DNA of 64,000 nt from Perkinsela sp. CCAP 1560/9 (lineage: Eukaryota; Protista; Euglenozoa: Kinetoplastea), in assembly GCA_965644495.1 (NCBI GenBank), contig CBFFSA010000002.1, positions 248,001 through 312,000 on the forward strand. Reading direction: 5' to 3'. The translations under genes were made by a program, and so were the position numbers. Position 1 is the stretch's first letter. The number at the start of each line of letters is the position of its first letter. Positions 44,066 to 55,979 of the stretch are shown here, piece by piece. The notes under the pieces are model-generated. The model was not told the DNA's origin. It did no database searches and saw nothing but the letters and a program-made list of their open reading frames with translations.

Positions 44066-44295
44066 ACTACCTTCTTGGGACGAAATTCATGGTAGAATTA
44101 GTATCTCTTTAAGATCATTTGTAATGATGAACTAAAAGCTCGCAAGAGTAAAGCAAAACTAAAAATTCCCCCTTTTCTATTTTCAGTCCCTCATTAACTT
44201 TAATGTGGTTATTATACGTAACCATAGAACATTTTTATGAATCTATAGACTTTAAAATGAAAGTACGATTCTCCGCACTGTACTATCATACTGGA

Positions 44296-44976
44296 TCAAT
44301 CGTGTCTGTAATTAGTATGAACACCCACCACGTGAAACTTATTTTGACCATGTAGACTGATAACGTTCATTCCAAAAGGAAGCAGACCTACATCAACTGT
44401 ACCTTCTAGCTCATTGTCCCCCAAATAAAGTTCTTTCAAAGTTTCAGGAAGACCGTTCAACGAAACTGTGCCGGAAAAGTGATTCGTGTTCAACCAGAGC
44501 CAAGTCAATCCCAACGGCAAATGTTGAAGATTTAAACTGCCAGAAAGGTTATTTTGATTTACGCACAACTGCGTAAGTCCAGCGGGAAGTGATGTAAGAT
44601 CAAGCTCTCCTGAAAATTTATTGCGGTTTAACCACAAAATCGAAAGCGTTGGCGGGAGGACAGAGGGGTCAATACTACCTTCTAGCCTATTATTTTGCAA
44701 TTTTAGATCAACGACACGGTTGGGAACAAATGCCCAAGAAAGGTTGCCGGATAAGCCAAGAGACATCCATTCCAGGCGAAGTATGCTTGGGTCGTTTGTC
44801 CGCACGTTGTACCACTTTTGAATGGGATTATCAGACGTCCAAGTTACATGCGCGTTATGCACGTTCTGTAAAAAGAAGTTTAGACTAGTTTCTGGACTCA
44901 TAAACGCACGTACTCTTCCCAGTCTTGTTGCAGAACGCGGCGCATCATCCGCAGCAGAAATTCTAACTGTCATCAT
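44296..44976 (-). CDS. Leucine-rich repeat protein (dispersed family, copy 1)
   Basis: Repeats of LP..L..L.L..N.FSG.LDL. Confidence 0.9.
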   Translation of the reverse strand: MMTVRISAADDAPRSATRLGRVRAFMSPETSLNFFLQNVHNAHVTWTSDNPIQKWYNVRTNDPSILRLEWMSLGLSGNLSWAFVPNRVVDLKLQNNRLEGSIDPSVLPPTLSILWLNRNKFSGELDLTSLPAGLTQLCVNQNNLSGSLNLQHLPLGLTWLWLNTNHFSGTVSLNGLPETLKELYLGDNELEGTVDVGLLPFGMNVISLHGQNKFHVVGVHTNYRHD

Positions 44977-45173
44977 GTGTCAAGTTGTGAATATTATACC
45001 GTAAGAAAAGCTACCACAAAAAACAAATTGTTTTACAAGCCTTGCCAATTTTCTTAAGACGAATCAGAGCAACAGATCAAAGTTTCGATGCCAGGATTTG
45101 GTTGTCTTCTAGAAGACGGTTCTTCAAACCCTGCTAGTCGTATAATACGTACTTTGTTCTATTTTAATTCGAG

Positions 45174-46889
45174 TTAAACCGTCAACTGTGCAACCGTTGT
45201 ATTCACCCCGCTTCCTGAAAGCAAGGGCGGTGTGGTTCCACCCTTTCCCAAGAAACCTGTGCCGCAGCTGTACCCCTCCCCAATCATTGTGTTCCCCAAG
45301 TCCACATAGCTCTGCAGCTCCCCTAACACCCGCGCATCCTTCTCCGCACCGTACCACAACTTCACCGGGTGAGGATAATCCACCCCCAACCGCGTCTTAT
45401 GTATCTCCTGCATCTCCCTCGTCATGGCCTGCGGTCGGTGCAGAAACGGCGTGGGGACGTTATGTAACTCCGGCACCCACAGCCGGGTGTACCGCCCCGC
45501 CCCATCAAACCGCAGCTGGAGCTTCTCCGCGGTCTCATGGGGCCACGGTGCCCCGAGGTCGAACACCAGCCCCGCGCACAGCGCTGCATTCCCCCAGCAC
45601 ACCCCGGGGTCGTAGTCCAGCAGGTTACGCTGGAGCCACTCCGCGGCAATACGCCAATCCTGCTGGAGTCCACGGACTAGGTACGTAAAAACAGCACGAC
45701 GCCCGGGGGTAGCGGTGTATCCCGTGCGTGTGAGTTCCCGCATTGCGGCATCCACAAACGGAACCCCGGTAGTGGCGTTACACCAGCGATGCACCAGGTG
45801 GGGGTTGCGACCCCAGGAGGAGGGGGGACGGAGGGCGTAGGAGGCAGGGGTGGGTCCATGTACAGCGTAGAGCGAGGCACCGTAGCGTCGCAGAAAAAAG
45901 GTCCAGTAGTCACGACGGAGCAGGTGGGTAAGGAAGACGCGACAGGACCAGTCGTGTTCGGAGTTGTGGTCGAGACTGTATTGTGCGACGAGCTCGTAAA
46001 GACGACGGGGAGAAATACAGCCGTGGGCGAGCCATGGGCTCAAACGACTGGCAGTTTTGTAGCCAAAGAGGGAATACCTCTCGCGGTCCGTGCGTCCTGG
46101 TCCGTAGTTGCGAATACAGTCGGACTCCATAAATGTTCGAACACGCTCACATGCTTCCGTTTCTCCCCCTTTAAACATGAGAACCTGACGAGAATCAGTG
46201 TCTGTTGGATCATCTCTAATAACAGGCTCTTTATAGCCTAAATCAACCAATGTTGGCAAGCCTCCTATTTCTAAGACATTCTCGCGTGGGGGACCTGGAA
46301 AAACGCCCGTTTTTCTACCATCGAAAGCAAAGGTACGACGTATTTTAGATCGGTAAAAAAGATCCGCATATCTACGAAACTCTGTAGGAAATTCCTCCAC
46401 AGGAAGAGAAAGGTCGTCAATATGAAGTAAAGTGCTTCCCCAAATAGTACGCAATGAAACGTCCATCCCTGCTTCTTTAATGTTGCTCTGTAGTTTCTGT
46501 TGCACTTCTCTTTCCTCTGGGCTTGATGGATCGTGGGCAAAAATTTCGCAACATTGCAGCTCGCAAGCTAATTTCCCAAGCAAGTCTTCGGGGGATCCAA
46601 GTCGTATCAATAATCGATGTTGATGGAGATCCCACAAGGATTTGCGCAAGTCGGCGACACATTCGATTGCAAAACGAGCCCTGCGAGGATGAGACCGCAA
46701 AAAGCCGCCTATTTCACTGGCTGCAGAAAATGTTCTTGGGTCAAAGCAAAAACATGGATAAATTTGACCCACAAGCTCCTTTGCCCGTCGACAGGCAAAG
46801 ATGACGGCGTAGTTGTCATGTAGGCGCAAATCTCCTACATTAAACCATAGCAGAATGTTTCGATACGAACTACCTGCCCTAATCGCCAT
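45174..46889 (-). CDS. Cryptochrome/photolyase family protein (DASH-like)
   Basis: DLRLHDN, FKGGETEA, SRLSPWLAHGCISPR, TGVPFVDAAMREL, DWR..AEW..LLDYD; ATG at 46889. Confidence 0.88.
   Translation of the reverse strand: MAIRAGSSYRNILLWFNVGDLRLHDNYAVIFACRRAKELVGQIYPCFCFDPRTFSAASEIGGFLRSHPRRARFAIECVADLRKSLWDLHQHRLLIRLGSPEDLLGKLACELQCCEIFAHDPSSPEEREVQQKLQSNIKEAGMDVSLRTIWGSTLLHIDDLSLPVEEFPTEFRRYADLFYRSKIRRTFAFDGRKTGVFPGPPRENVLEIGGLPTLVDLGYKEPVIRDDPTDTDSRQVLMFKGGETEACERVRTFMESDCIRNYGPGRTDRERYSLFGYKTASRLSPWLAHGCISPRRLYELVAQYSLDHNSEHDWSCRVFLTHLLRRDYWTFFLRRYGASLYAVHGPTPASYALRPPSSWGRNPHLVHRWCNATTGVPFVDAAMRELTRTGYTATPGRRAVFTYLVRGLQQDWRIAAEWLQRNLLDYDPGVCWGNAALCAGLVFDLGAPWPHETAEKLQLRFDGAGRYTRLWVPELHNVPTPFLHRPQAMTREMQEIHKTRLGVDYPHPVKLWYGAEKDARVLGELQSYVDLGNTMIGEGYSCGTGFLGKGGTTPPLLSGSGVNTTVAQLTV
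45200..46060. other. C-to-G skew-switch island 5
   Basis: Plus strand C-rich ~45200-45660, G-rich ~45790-46060. Confidence 0.7.
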
Positions 46890-47316
46890 GAGGTCAAAAG
46901 GGCACACATGACATTGCTTACGTGACCTGTTGAATATAGCAATAAGATTTTGAAGACAAAAATATATGCATTTAGGTCTACACCTCAGTAATAAAATTTA
47001 GTGAAAATGGACTTTACTGGGACAGGTTCTCCCGATTTGGTTCTGAGATTCGATAAACGTTTAATAAATGTTCTTGCATCTTAGAGGGTGTTCCAAAACA
47101 CCTGTGCATGGAGTCGAGCGACCGTCAATCTCTTTTTTGAGGTGATACCAGAGATTCCCAGTGGGATTGTGATGCGGAGGCCACCCCAGAAGCGTAAACG
47201 ACTCATTAGCAAAGAAGATTTTGTCATTTGGGGTTAAGAGATTGCTCGACTGACGACAGAATTAGGTTAGAAACTCTCAAGGTACGAAAGTAGTTAAGAA
47301 ATAAAGCTTCTGCACC

Positions 47317-48321
47317 CTACGTGGAGAGCACAATTCTTTGAGTTCTGTTCATGGATCGCTCTCCCAATATCCTTATTACACACGGATTAGTCGTAATTTC
47401 ATTATCCTTTATAATGTCTATATCTGTATAAACAAAATCTTTAGGGTTACATGACGTCACGCGATTGAGGGCCCGTACAACGGGACGAATATTTTCAGAA
47501 ATAGAACAAGGAAGGGAGGATACGCTCTCCCTTCTCCAATCATAGGTTTCATGCTCAGCGGATGCTTGAAAATTTCGTTTTCCTTTTATATTTTCATCAG
47601 CTAGAAGCTTTTGAGCCTCATTCCAAGATATTGTGTGTCGACATTTATCAAAACGTTGATTACGAGTGAAAGAAGTAACGTTCAATAGAATTGCACGCAA
47701 TGGAAGTTGCGATGTGTCATTCATATGCCTTTGAAGGCTTCCAAGTATAGTTTCATTACTTTCAGATGTTTGTGCCGGATACGATGCTTGGGAGATAAAG
47801 AGCGGTTCTGGGGGAGAAGATTTTGTTACACGAGTGGCTAGAGAATCGTCGTATTGTAGAGATATTTTTTGTGAATTGTTCTTCATAAAAAAGTTGACAC
47901 GTGAACCTTCAGCAGCTTGTAGGTAAAGATTATGAAGCACATAACAGTTGAATATAGCAAGTGCAACCATTATCAATATTAAAAAAAGAACAATCATACC
48001 CTTTTCTTGCAGCAAATCTCGAAAACCATAAGGTTTTCGAGGGGCGTATACCCGGGGAATTCGGGGATCGTATTGCAGATTAATATTGGTATCTGAAGCA
48101 GCGGGGTGAAATCCCCACAAATTTGGGGCTGATACTGTCGGCTCCAAGGAACGTTTTTTTAAAACTTCGTATGCCTCAGAAATCTCCTGAAATTTATTTT
48201 TACACCCCTTTGGAGTATCAGGATGATACTTTCCGGCCAACTCGCGATATTTTTCTTTTATTTGCTGAAGAGATGCGTCCGTATTCACACCAAGAATCAG
48301 AGCAGCTCGTACAGTGTTCAT
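47317..48321 (-). CDS. DnaJ-domain membrane protein
   Basis: N-terminal J domain with HPD and [11 protein letters not shown]; one TM segment. Confidence 0.88.
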   Translation of the reverse strand: MNTVRAALILGVNTDASLQQIKEKYRELAGKYHPDTPKGCKNKFQEISEAYEVLKKRSLEPTVSAPNLWGFHPAASDTNINLQYDPRIPRVYAPRKPYGFRDLLQEKGMIVLFLILIMVALAIFNCYVLHNLYLQAAEGSRVNFFMKNNSQKISLQYDDSLATRVTKSSPPEPLFISQASYPAQTSESNETILGSLQRHMNDTSQLPLRAILLNVTSFTRNQRFDKCRHTISWNEAQKLLADENIKGKRNFQASAEHETYDWRRESVSSLPCSISENIRPVVRALNRVTSCNPKDFVYTDIDIIKDNEITTNPCVIRILGERSMNRTQRIVLST

Positions 48322-48585
48322 TGATAAAGGCCCAAAGAATATACTTCATCGGGAATTCATATAAGCCAAGGACGTAACCATGATATTATATCAACAAAAT
48401 AGAATTCTTATTTTTAATTGACTTCAATGAATTGAATTCGAGCAAAATATCGTGACGAAATGAAACTTGCACCAAAAAGGGACCAAAATCAAGCAAAAAT
48501 GAACGATAATTTCATTAAACGGCTACAGGCATGTCCTTTTTCAAATTGATTTGATCGTTTTAGAAGTTAGACTGTATTAGCGAAA

Positions 48586-49377
48586 TCACGAAGTTGAACG
48601 ATAGGCTCCGTAGCTGTACTTAAAATTTTGATTAGGCGCTATAACTTTCCATGCATTGTGTTGGACATTGATCAATTTCATGCTCTTTGGGAGAGATCTT
48701 AAGTCTGCAACACCTTCAAATGTGTTACTCTGAAGCCATAAATGATGAATACCCTCAGTAAGTCGAGTAAGATCGAGTGACCCTGATAATTTATTACGAC
48801 AAAGTCCAAGTTCACGAAGACTTGGGGGAAGAGTCGTTAAATCTATTTCTCCGTTGAAGCTATTGGTTTCCAAGTATAGAACACGCAATTGCGATGGCAG
48901 GGCCGTCAGATCTAACCCACCTGTAAATTTATTTCCGCCGAGCTCAAACCGTTCAATTTTTTGAGGAAGGCTTCTTAAATCTACTGTGATCACCCCGCTG
49001 CTGTGGCACTGGTTTGTACAACAGGGGACACTCCTCAATTGGTTACTCCCAACTCGCAGGGATTGAGTGCTTCGAGGAAGGAAATTCCAGTTTAAAAAAC
49101 CTTTTAAAGGCGGCCCATGCGCTTTTCTTTTCCACGAATCCCAATCAATGTGTTTCATATGCCCAGAATCGTCACACTGCACGCCTTTCCATGTACATCC
49201 TGGTGTGGAATCATTCCACGTCGGGTGTCTACATTCTACAGTATGCAGGAAACGATCTAACTGATATTCGAGAGGAAGAAGTGATGCCTCAATTTTATGC
49301 GCCCTGGCGCGTCGTGGTGCCTGAGAGCAAGAAGTATCCGCGAGTCTAAACACTACAATCTCAAGCGGAATAAGCAT
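48586..49377 (-). CDS. Leucine-rich repeat protein (copy 2)
   Basis: CTWKGVQC cap and LP..L..N.F.G.LDL repeats. Confidence 0.9.
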   Translation of the reverse strand: MLIPLEIVVFRLADTSCSQAPRRARAHKIEASLLPLEYQLDRFLHTVECRHPTWNDSTPGCTWKGVQCDDSGHMKHIDWDSWKRKAHGPPLKGFLNWNFLPRSTQSLRVGSNQLRSVPCCTNQCHSSGVITVDLRSLPQKIERFELGGNKFTGGLDLTALPSQLRVLYLETNSFNGEIDLTTLPPSLRELGLCRNKLSGSLDLTRLTEGIHHLWLQSNTFEGVADLRSLPKSMKLINVQHNAWKVIAPNQNFKYSYGAYRSTS

Positions 49378-49794
49378 TTTATATTGACGAACAATATTCT
49401 ATCCTTTTAATATCCATGTGGCTAGATAACATTCTTACCCTTATTACTTGTAAGTAATACTTATTACTTGTAAGTGCATGCAAGGGGCTGCGGGGGAGGT
49501 CCAAACGATACCACGCGAGATTGCGTGAGATCACCCGCAGCCTCTCATGTGTATCGTAAATCTTTATAACTTGAACATGTATATTCGTGCGCAGAGTTTA
49601 TATAATTTGCGTTGATGAACTAAGTTGAAGGAATCTCTGCTAACGGAATATTAACGTTACCAAAGATAAATATGACTTAGTTTTTGTGTCTGAAATAGAT
49701 AGATACCTTAAGGAATGTCTCTCCCCAGACACTAATCAAAAGACAGTAAACTAGAATAGAGTACGATGAGTGTTTCCCATCGAGTACAGTAAAC

Positions 49795-50820
49795 TCATGC
49801 GGAAATCGTTTCCCATGCGGAACCCATATTTACTTTCAGAAGTTCCGCTCCCGGACTTTCCAAATAACTTTTGTCAAATACATGAACGCGCACCATACCG
49901 TCCTCTCCCCCCGTTGTGAAGCCTCTCCCTAAAGGATGGAAAGCAACCGCGTTAATTGGAGAGAAATGCTCACAAATTCCACCTAAATATTTTCCAGTGA
50001 CTTTATGACAAAACCGGGACTCAAAATGACTCCCCCGAATATTTGTCACACTCTGGGCATCCTCCCCGCCACCCAACAACACATGATGTGCCTGAGGCGC
50101 CAGATCCGCATCCAGCACGTGTTTCCCCTTTTCGTGCTCATACGTTTGTATCACCTCCAACGTACGAGAATCAAGCAATTTCGCCGTGGAATCCGCCCCA
50201 CATGACAACAACGTTGAATACTCTGCATCCCACTTCAATCGGTACGCTATGCCATTATGAATTTGAGCTTTACGAACAACCTGCCCCGTGGAGGTATCCG
50301 CAACCCCGACCATCCCATCCTCACAGGCGAAATACACCGACTCGTTTGTCGGGCCAAACCGTGCGCTACGAATCACACTCTCACTCTCGATCCGTAACGC
50401 CGGGACGTACTCCCCTTTCCAAGTTACGGGATCGGGCGGGAGATGAAACAGATTCACTGCGGGGGTTTGACGAAATTGGGCATTCGTAACCGCCAGCAGG
50501 TGGGTGTCCCCGTGACTGAGTTCAACCGCCTTCACGGCGGTGGGCATCTCAACAGCTGCGACGGACTCCCCGGTAGAGACGCTCCAGAGCCGCCAGTGTT
50601 GGTCTCCCCCTCCGGTGGCGAAGAGCGTGGAGGTGTAGTTGACGGCACAGCACCACACCGCACCCTTGTGGCCGCGGTAGGACCCGAGCAGGGCTCCGGT
50701 GGTGGGGGACCAGACCAGGGGGACGTTGTCCAGGGCGGTGGTGAACAGGAGGTCGCCCTCGGGGTTGTAGGTGAGGGATTGGATGGATTTGGAGTGGCCG
50801 TGGAGGACAAAGGTTTTCAT
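49795..50820 (-). CDS. EIF3I: Translation initiation factor eIF3 subunit i (WD40)
   Basis: LHGHSKS..YNPEGDLLFT, GHKGAVW, GGGEDAQSVT, HFSPINAVAFHP, GGEDGMVR. Confidence 0.92.
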   Translation of the reverse strand: MKTFVLHGHSKSIQSLTYNPEGDLLFTTALDNVPLVWSPTTGALLGSYRGHKGAVWCCAVNYTSTLFATGGGDQHWRLWSVSTGESVAAVEMPTAVKAVELSHGDTHLLAVTNAQFRQTPAVNLFHLPPDPVTWKGEYVPALRIESESVIRSARFGPTNESVYFACEDGMVGVADTSTGQVVRKAQIHNGIAYRLKWDAEYSTLLSCGADSTAKLLDSRTLEVIQTYEHEKGKHVLDADLAPQAHHVLLGGGEDAQSVTNIRGSHFESRFCHKVTGKYLGGICEHFSPINAVAFHPLGRGFTTGGEDGMVRVHVFDKSYLESPGAELLKVNMGSAWETISA

Positions 50821-50850
50821 TGGGGGGCGGGATAAGGAGGAGGAGGAAGG
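49990..50850. other. C-to-G skew-switch island 6
   Basis: Plus strand C-rich ~49990-50420, G-rich ~50430-50850. Confidence 0.75.
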
Positions 50851-51120
50851 ATAATACAGAAGAAATGAAAGGAAAAGTATTTTTGAAGGGTTTTCGGAGA
50901 ATATTAATTACGAAAATATTGATAAGGAATCGACAAAAGGGAATAGCTAAACAGTGTCTCGGTTTCTCTAGTACAATACAGGCGTACTGTACTATAGGGA
51001 TAGTGAAAACAAAACATAATTCGTGTTCGTAATTCTCAATTGTAAATTCGATACCAAATAAAAAGAAAGCGATATTGCTACACCGAGATCTCCCAGCGAT
51101 GTCGGCAATTCGAGTTCGAA

Positions 51121-51885
51121 TTAGGAGAGCCCGAATTCATCCGCCATATCGTCAGATATGTCGCTGTCATCATCCACTTCGTAATTACTCCCCGAATCAT
51201 CGGTGCTCATATCGCTTTCCTCCTCCTCTTCAGAATCACTTGTCGTTTCTGATGACAATTCCTCCACACGATCTCCCGAGGGGCTTTTCTCCCATCTGGC
51301 CTTCGAACGGCCCTCCTCCTGCATGTTCTGAAGAACCTCATCGATCGGCATTTCGGCTTCTGCCATCATACGTCTTTTCAAATCCTCCCAGTCCTCACCT
51401 ACCGCAAACTGCTCTTCATCCTCGGAAGTCTCATCCGAGACGTCATGCCCTGTCGGAGGCTCGCAAGTGTCGCCGTCACCCCACTTCAGTCCGGACTCCA
51501 CCAACAGCTCCTCCCAGAAGTGTCGTAATTCCAGAGCCTTCTTGAACTCTTCCCCGGATTCGGGGTAATACGCGACGGCGTTGATAAAAACACGATCAAC
51601 GTCCGTAATAAACTCAGAATGAGAGGCATAGCCTTCCTCGCTAACAATCCGGTCCGCAATCACAGAGAAATCGATAGGGTGCTCCACATAAGAGCGGTAT
51701 TCAGGATGCAAATTGTCATCCACGGGCTTTGAAAACCGTTTATCCGGATCTTGTTGCTCCAGGCGCTGAAGCAAGTCGCAGTGCAACCGGCGGTCTCCTT
51801 GGAGTGCAGAGTTCGAAGCTAACGAGGAACCAGTATCCTTTTCGGAAGCCTCTCTCACTCGTTTCGTAGGATGTGTTTGGGTCAT
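51121..51885 (-). CDS. Bromodomain protein with acidic tail
   Basis: FSKPVD..PEY..V.HPIDF..I, Y..F..DV..VFINA..Y. Confidence 0.85.
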   Translation of the reverse strand: MTQTHPTKRVREASEKDTGSSLASNSALQGDRRLHCDLLQRLEQQDPDKRFSKPVDDNLHPEYRSYVEHPIDFSVIADRIVSEEGYASHSEFITDVDRVFINAVAYYPESGEEFKKALELRHFWEELLVESGLKWGDGDTCEPPTGHDVSDETSEDEEQFAVGEDWEDLKRRMMAEAEMPIDEVLQNMQEEGRSKARWEKSPSGDRVEELSSETTSDSEEEEESDMSTDDSGSNYEVDDDSDISDDMADEFGLS

Positions 51886-52431
51886 TCAAGTATCGAACAC
51901 AGAAATGTAGGAGACTGTAACGAAAGAAAATCTAAATATTAAACTGATAAAAAAATGAATACCCTAGCTTTGGCCTCGGTTACCAAAGCCTGATGGGCAA
52001 TTACCCCGTGTAACCGTATTCTAACCGTTATCCATGGAGCCGAGGAGATTAAAATGCTGCATTCTCATGGTCTTGTATGATACCAGTTTGATCCTTACTC
52101 GTAACCTCCCTCTCTTACGCTTATAGAAACTTGTACAACGCAGCATAAAAATACACTACAATTCATAGTTCCTTTAATAATAAGTGAGTGATTGGTCTTT
52201 ATTGTAAAGACACTTTTGTTATGAGTTGTACTATAAATAATAATCGTATGACACGTTCTCTTTCGTACGTATGCATTAAATTGATATAAAACAAAATATG
52301 TGTAACAATTTTCTGACTTCGAAACATTATGAATTCATGGACGATTAGCTTAAATACCTATTTAAAAAAGTATTTTCCTGACAAGCACATAGATAATAAG
52401 AAATAAGCGTTTTTATCAAGACTTTCCCTTT

Positions 52432-54360
52432 TTACCTCGATCGACGAGTTCCCAAGGACATTTTCCCAGTATACAAATGTTTAGGTTTCAGTGTAGGGAC
52501 GCTACGGTCGGCCTCACCCTTACGTCCTTGATTGGACCACTTACGCGAGTCTCGACGTGACAATGACACGGCACGCATTTTTTGTGACACGTCTTTGTAC
52601 CCTTCCCCTCGTCTGACGCTCATAGATCGGTCTGCAGAACGATTACGAGAAGATAATGAGCGAGTACGACCTGTGCTGAGATGCGCGCTAGATGCTCTTT
52701 CCTTCTCTAGCGCTTGCTCAGCTCGAGTGCTACGCCCTCTCTTTTGAACCTCCTTGCCACTCGGGTTCTGCCCACCAATGTTTTCCCGCTGTTTTTCTAT
52801 TGCTGCTTTCATTTGTTTGGATTTAGGAGCAGATGATGAGCGTGTCTTTTCAACCGCTCGTTCCATTTTTCGGATAGCAATTTTCGAGCGAATAATTTGT
52901 ACTGCCAGTTTCGCCTTGGAATCTACTTTGGGCAATTTCTTAGTAGATTCTTCCTCTTTCTCCTTTTGCAGCTGATTTTCTTCTTCGATCTCAAGTTGGA
53001 TAAGCTGTTCTTCGATGTCAGGGTCAATAAAATCTTGAATATTCATTCCATCCATAATTTCAGGAACGACATCATCTTTCCAGACCTCCTCTTTCAAAAT
53101 ATAATGCTTACTTAACTTCGGAAAATACACCCCAGGTCCACCATTTTCTGCTTCATAATCTTTCTCGGTCTTCATGGGTGGAGGTGCTCCGCTTTTTCTC
53201 TCTTCCACCACGGATTCGGGAATATATGCGGGACGGTCAATGTTGTCTCTACGTTTTGGCAGTGCGCAATATAAACGATTTTGAAGGGTACCCTCCTTGG
53301 CTCGAAGTTGCTTTTCACCTATTCTTGCACGAAGCAACTGTTCGCATGCCATGACCTTAAGGTCTCCAACCGCATCGTCTCTCAGCGTGCTTGTTTCAAT
53401 TGTTTGCACATTAGGGCCGGTATTCTGAAGCATCTGTTCAAGCATCGCCTTCTCCTGCGGTGCAAGTTGGTCGCGCCGACAAAGATCAGATTTGTTAAAT
53501 ACAATGACAAGTGGTTTCCCAGCAAACAAAGGCTGGATGTTGTGAAAAAGTGAACACTGAGCCTCTACAGAATAACCACATTGCGCAGAGAGATCCATAA
53601 AGTACAACACAGTGGCTTGTAAATGAGCCAGCGCAGTGATAGATTGCATTTCAATCACATTGCGTTCATCCAAGGAGTGATCTAGAATCCCAGGAGTGTC
53701 GATTACTTGCCAAGGCATGTAGTTATACTCCGTATGCCCGACGTAGAGCGATTTCGTGGTAAAAGCATACGGTTGAACCTCTACATCAGCGCGACTAACC
53801 TTATTCAGAAAACTAGATTTTCCCACATTAGGAAACCCACAGATCAAAAGTGTGCGAGTGTTTGGATCAATTGCAGGGAGACGGGATAAATGCTGGCGCA
53901 CTTGCTCCAAGTAGGACAGTGTAGGCCCCAACTTTTTCAACACTGTAGCCATACGTCCCAGTGCAGCTCTCTTTACCTGTTTACAACGGTACATGGAGTC
54001 CCCATACTTCAGCAAACGGACGTAATCCCGACAGATAACCCCTACAATGTGTCGTACAGATGAGATTTGCCCCAGCGCGACTTTGTAGTGATCCTTATCG
54101 TAAAGCACATTCATCAAGTCGGAATAAAAAGGGTGTACGTCATCCATTTTAGGAAACTCTTCCAAGATTTTTGTGAGCCGCTCATGTATCGTTTGTTGCG
54201 TAAATTTGACTTTTCGGAGATAAAATTTACGAATCCGGGCAATTTCATAGTTCCTATGTATCACAGTAGGAGTTTTGCGCTGAGTTTTGCTAAGCACGAT
54301 ATCTACTAAATCCTGGGAAGAACTTGGTATAGGCGTAATACCTTTGAAGTTGTAGGCCAT
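52432..54360 (-). CDS. NOG1: Nucleolar GTP-binding protein 1
   Basis: [36 protein letters not shown]. Confidence 0.97.
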   Translation of the reverse strand: MAYNFKGITPIPSSSQDLVDIVLSKTQRKTPTVIHRNYEIARIRKFYLRKVKFTQQTIHERLTKILEEFPKMDDVHPFYSDLMNVLYDKDHYKVALGQISSVRHIVGVICRDYVRLLKYGDSMYRCKQVKRAALGRMATVLKKLGPTLSYLEQVRQHLSRLPAIDPNTRTLLICGFPNVGKSSFLNKVSRADVEVQPYAFTTKSLYVGHTEYNYMPWQVIDTPGILDHSLDERNVIEMQSITALAHLQATVLYFMDLSAQCGYSVEAQCSLFHNIQPLFAGKPLVIVFNKSDLCRRDQLAPQEKAMLEQMLQNTGPNVQTIETSTLRDDAVGDLKVMACEQLLRARIGEKQLRAKEGTLQNRLYCALPKRRDNIDRPAYIPESVVEERKSGAPPPMKTEKDYEAENGGPGVYFPKLSKHYILKEEVWKDDVVPEIMDGMNIQDFIDPDIEEQLIQLEIEEENQLQKEKEEESTKKLPKVDSKAKLAVQIIRSKIAIRKMERAVEKTRSSSAPKSKQMKAAIEKQRENIGGQNPSGKEVQKRGRSTRAEQALEKERASSAHLSTGRTRSLSSRNRSADRSMSVRRGEGYKDVSQKMRAVSLSRRDSRKWSNQGRKGEADRSVPTLKPKHLYTGKMSLGTRRSR

Positions 54361-54651
54361 GAATTGAGATAAGGAGAAAAAAATTCAGAAAAGTAGTTAT
54401 TCAGAGTGACGTGATGTTTTCTATAAGAAATTCATTGATACGATATTCATCACTGATATGCTAGATACAGTAAAATTTATTCGTGGTCAGTCGGCAAGGA
54501 TTTCACCATTATAAATTGCAATGCCACAGAAAGACCCCGAAAATCAAAATATCAGGATGATATGAATTATCGTTTGTGAAAGAATATAAACAAAATTACG
54601 TTGCACATTTTAATCATGTACAAATCATGTGTGCAATTGAAAACACAGAAG

Positions 54652-55926
54652 CTATAAAGGTGCTTCACTCTTGCTTGAGCCACTCGAAGGGCTTACGACG
54701 ATGCTTGGAGAAGTGGAGCTTTCCGAATTGGAAGGTGTGCCACTATTGTTCTCAGAAGCGATTCGAGTGTCTTCCGTCTCCTCCTCAGATAAACAAGTAT
54801 TGCTGCTTCGCCCAGCATAGCTATTCATTACCTCCACAGAGCATCCCATGCCTTTGGGAGGCTTTGTTAAAGGAAAGCGTCGATGAAATTTTATGGATTC
54901 TTCTACGATTGCACGCTTTACGTCTCGTATTGTTGCATAGTCAGACTCTCGAAAAGCGAAGGGTACCACTTGAACTTGTGTGTCTGACTCGTCGTAAAGC
55001 TCCGTAAAATATGGATGTTTAAGGGCTTGATCAACTGTAATACGATTCTTTGGGTGAAATTTAAGAAGTTTCTCTAACAGATCCACGGCAAGCGGATTCG
55101 CCTGAGGATAGCGTTCCGTGAAATCCACTGGATTGAGACTTGATTTTCGCATCACGTAGCGTTGTGCCGCGGTGCTTCCCAGACTCAAAACCTCCTCCTC
55201 GGGAGGGGTTCCAGTGATGTCCAATATCTTATCCAGTTGGTTGACTCGATCCTTTCCCGGGAAGAGCGGTTTGGAGCCCAACAGCTCGCCTAAGATACAG
55301 CCTACTCCCCAGACGTCGACTTGAGCGTCATAGTGCCGGTGTTCCATTACCAGATCAGGGGCTCTGTACCATCGCATGGTGACGTAGTCCGTGCGTTCCG
55401 CCCCTTCCGTCTCCTCCTTGGCAAGCCCAAAGTCACAAATCTTCAAGTCGCAGTTCGTGTTGACAAGAATGTTAGATGGAGTGACGTCTCGGTGAATCAC
55501 CCCAGCGCTGTGAATGACCTTTAGCGCCCGCAGGGCTTGGTAGAGAAAAAACTGAATGTGGGCATCTGTGAGTTTTTGATTCGACCGCAGTACCTGCTTT
55601 AGATCGGTTTCCATCATATCCATCACAAGATAAAACTCCGTGAACTCTTCTGTCGGTGGGGAGAGAATGTTGCGGATCCCGACAATATTTTCGTCGTGAA
55701 AATGGGATAAGAGTTTAATCTCCCGGAGGATGCGTAGAGCAAGAATGGTCTCGGCAAAAATTTCACTGTTTATTCGTTTGATCGCTACTTGGCAGTTATC
55801 TGTGGTGTCACGGGCCCGAATCACCATTCCATAGCTTCCATGTCCTATAATCTTTTCCAGACGGTAGCGAGGGTCTAGAGCATCAACCTCCTCCTGTAAT
55901 TCACCCAAGTTTCGTGGGACCGGCAT
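54652..55926 (-). CDS. Mitogen-activated protein kinase (TDY type)
   Basis: GHGSYG, VAIK, HRD, DFG, TDYVTMRWYRAP; probable start MPVPRNL at 55926. Confidence 0.92.
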   Translation of the reverse strand: MPVPRNLGELQEEVDALDPRYRLEKIIGHGSYGMVIRARDTTDNCQVAIKRINSEIFAETILALRILREIKLLSHFHDENIVGIRNILSPPTEEFTEFYLVMDMMETDLKQVLRSNQKLTDAHIQFFLYQALRALKVIHSAGVIHRDVTPSNILVNTNCDLKICDFGLAKEETEGAERTDYVTMRWYRAPDLVMEHRHYDAQVDVWGVGCILGELLGSKPLFPGKDRVNQLDKILDITGTPPEEEVLSLGSTAAQRYVMRKSSLNPVDFTERYPQANPLAVDLLEKLLKFHPKNRITVDQALKHPYFTELYDESDTQVQVVPFAFRESDYATIRDVKRAIVEESIKFHRRFPLTKPPKGMGCSVEVMNSYAGRSSNTCLSEEETEDTRIASENNSGTPSNSESSTSPSIVVSPSSGSSKSEAPL

Positions 55927-55979
55927 GTAGTATGGAAATAAAAAAGAAAAAAAAATACGGATTGTAAGTTTCCCAAAGC

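Noticed and set aside
43923-44090. In-frame upstream ATG with two TAGs ahead of the KREPB-like gene (readthrough?)
   Set aside because: A frame match has 1-in-3 odds, the region is low-complexity, and TAG is a true stop elsewhere
49440-49545. Short duplications and a GGCTGCGGG/CCCGCAGCC hairpin upstream of LRR copy 2
   Set aside because: Too short to distinguish from chance or slippage
54385-54452. Minus-strand TGATGA...CTGA box C/D snoRNA candidate
   Set aside because: Short, overlaps the pyrimidine tract upstream of NOG1, and no clear rRNA guide was recognised
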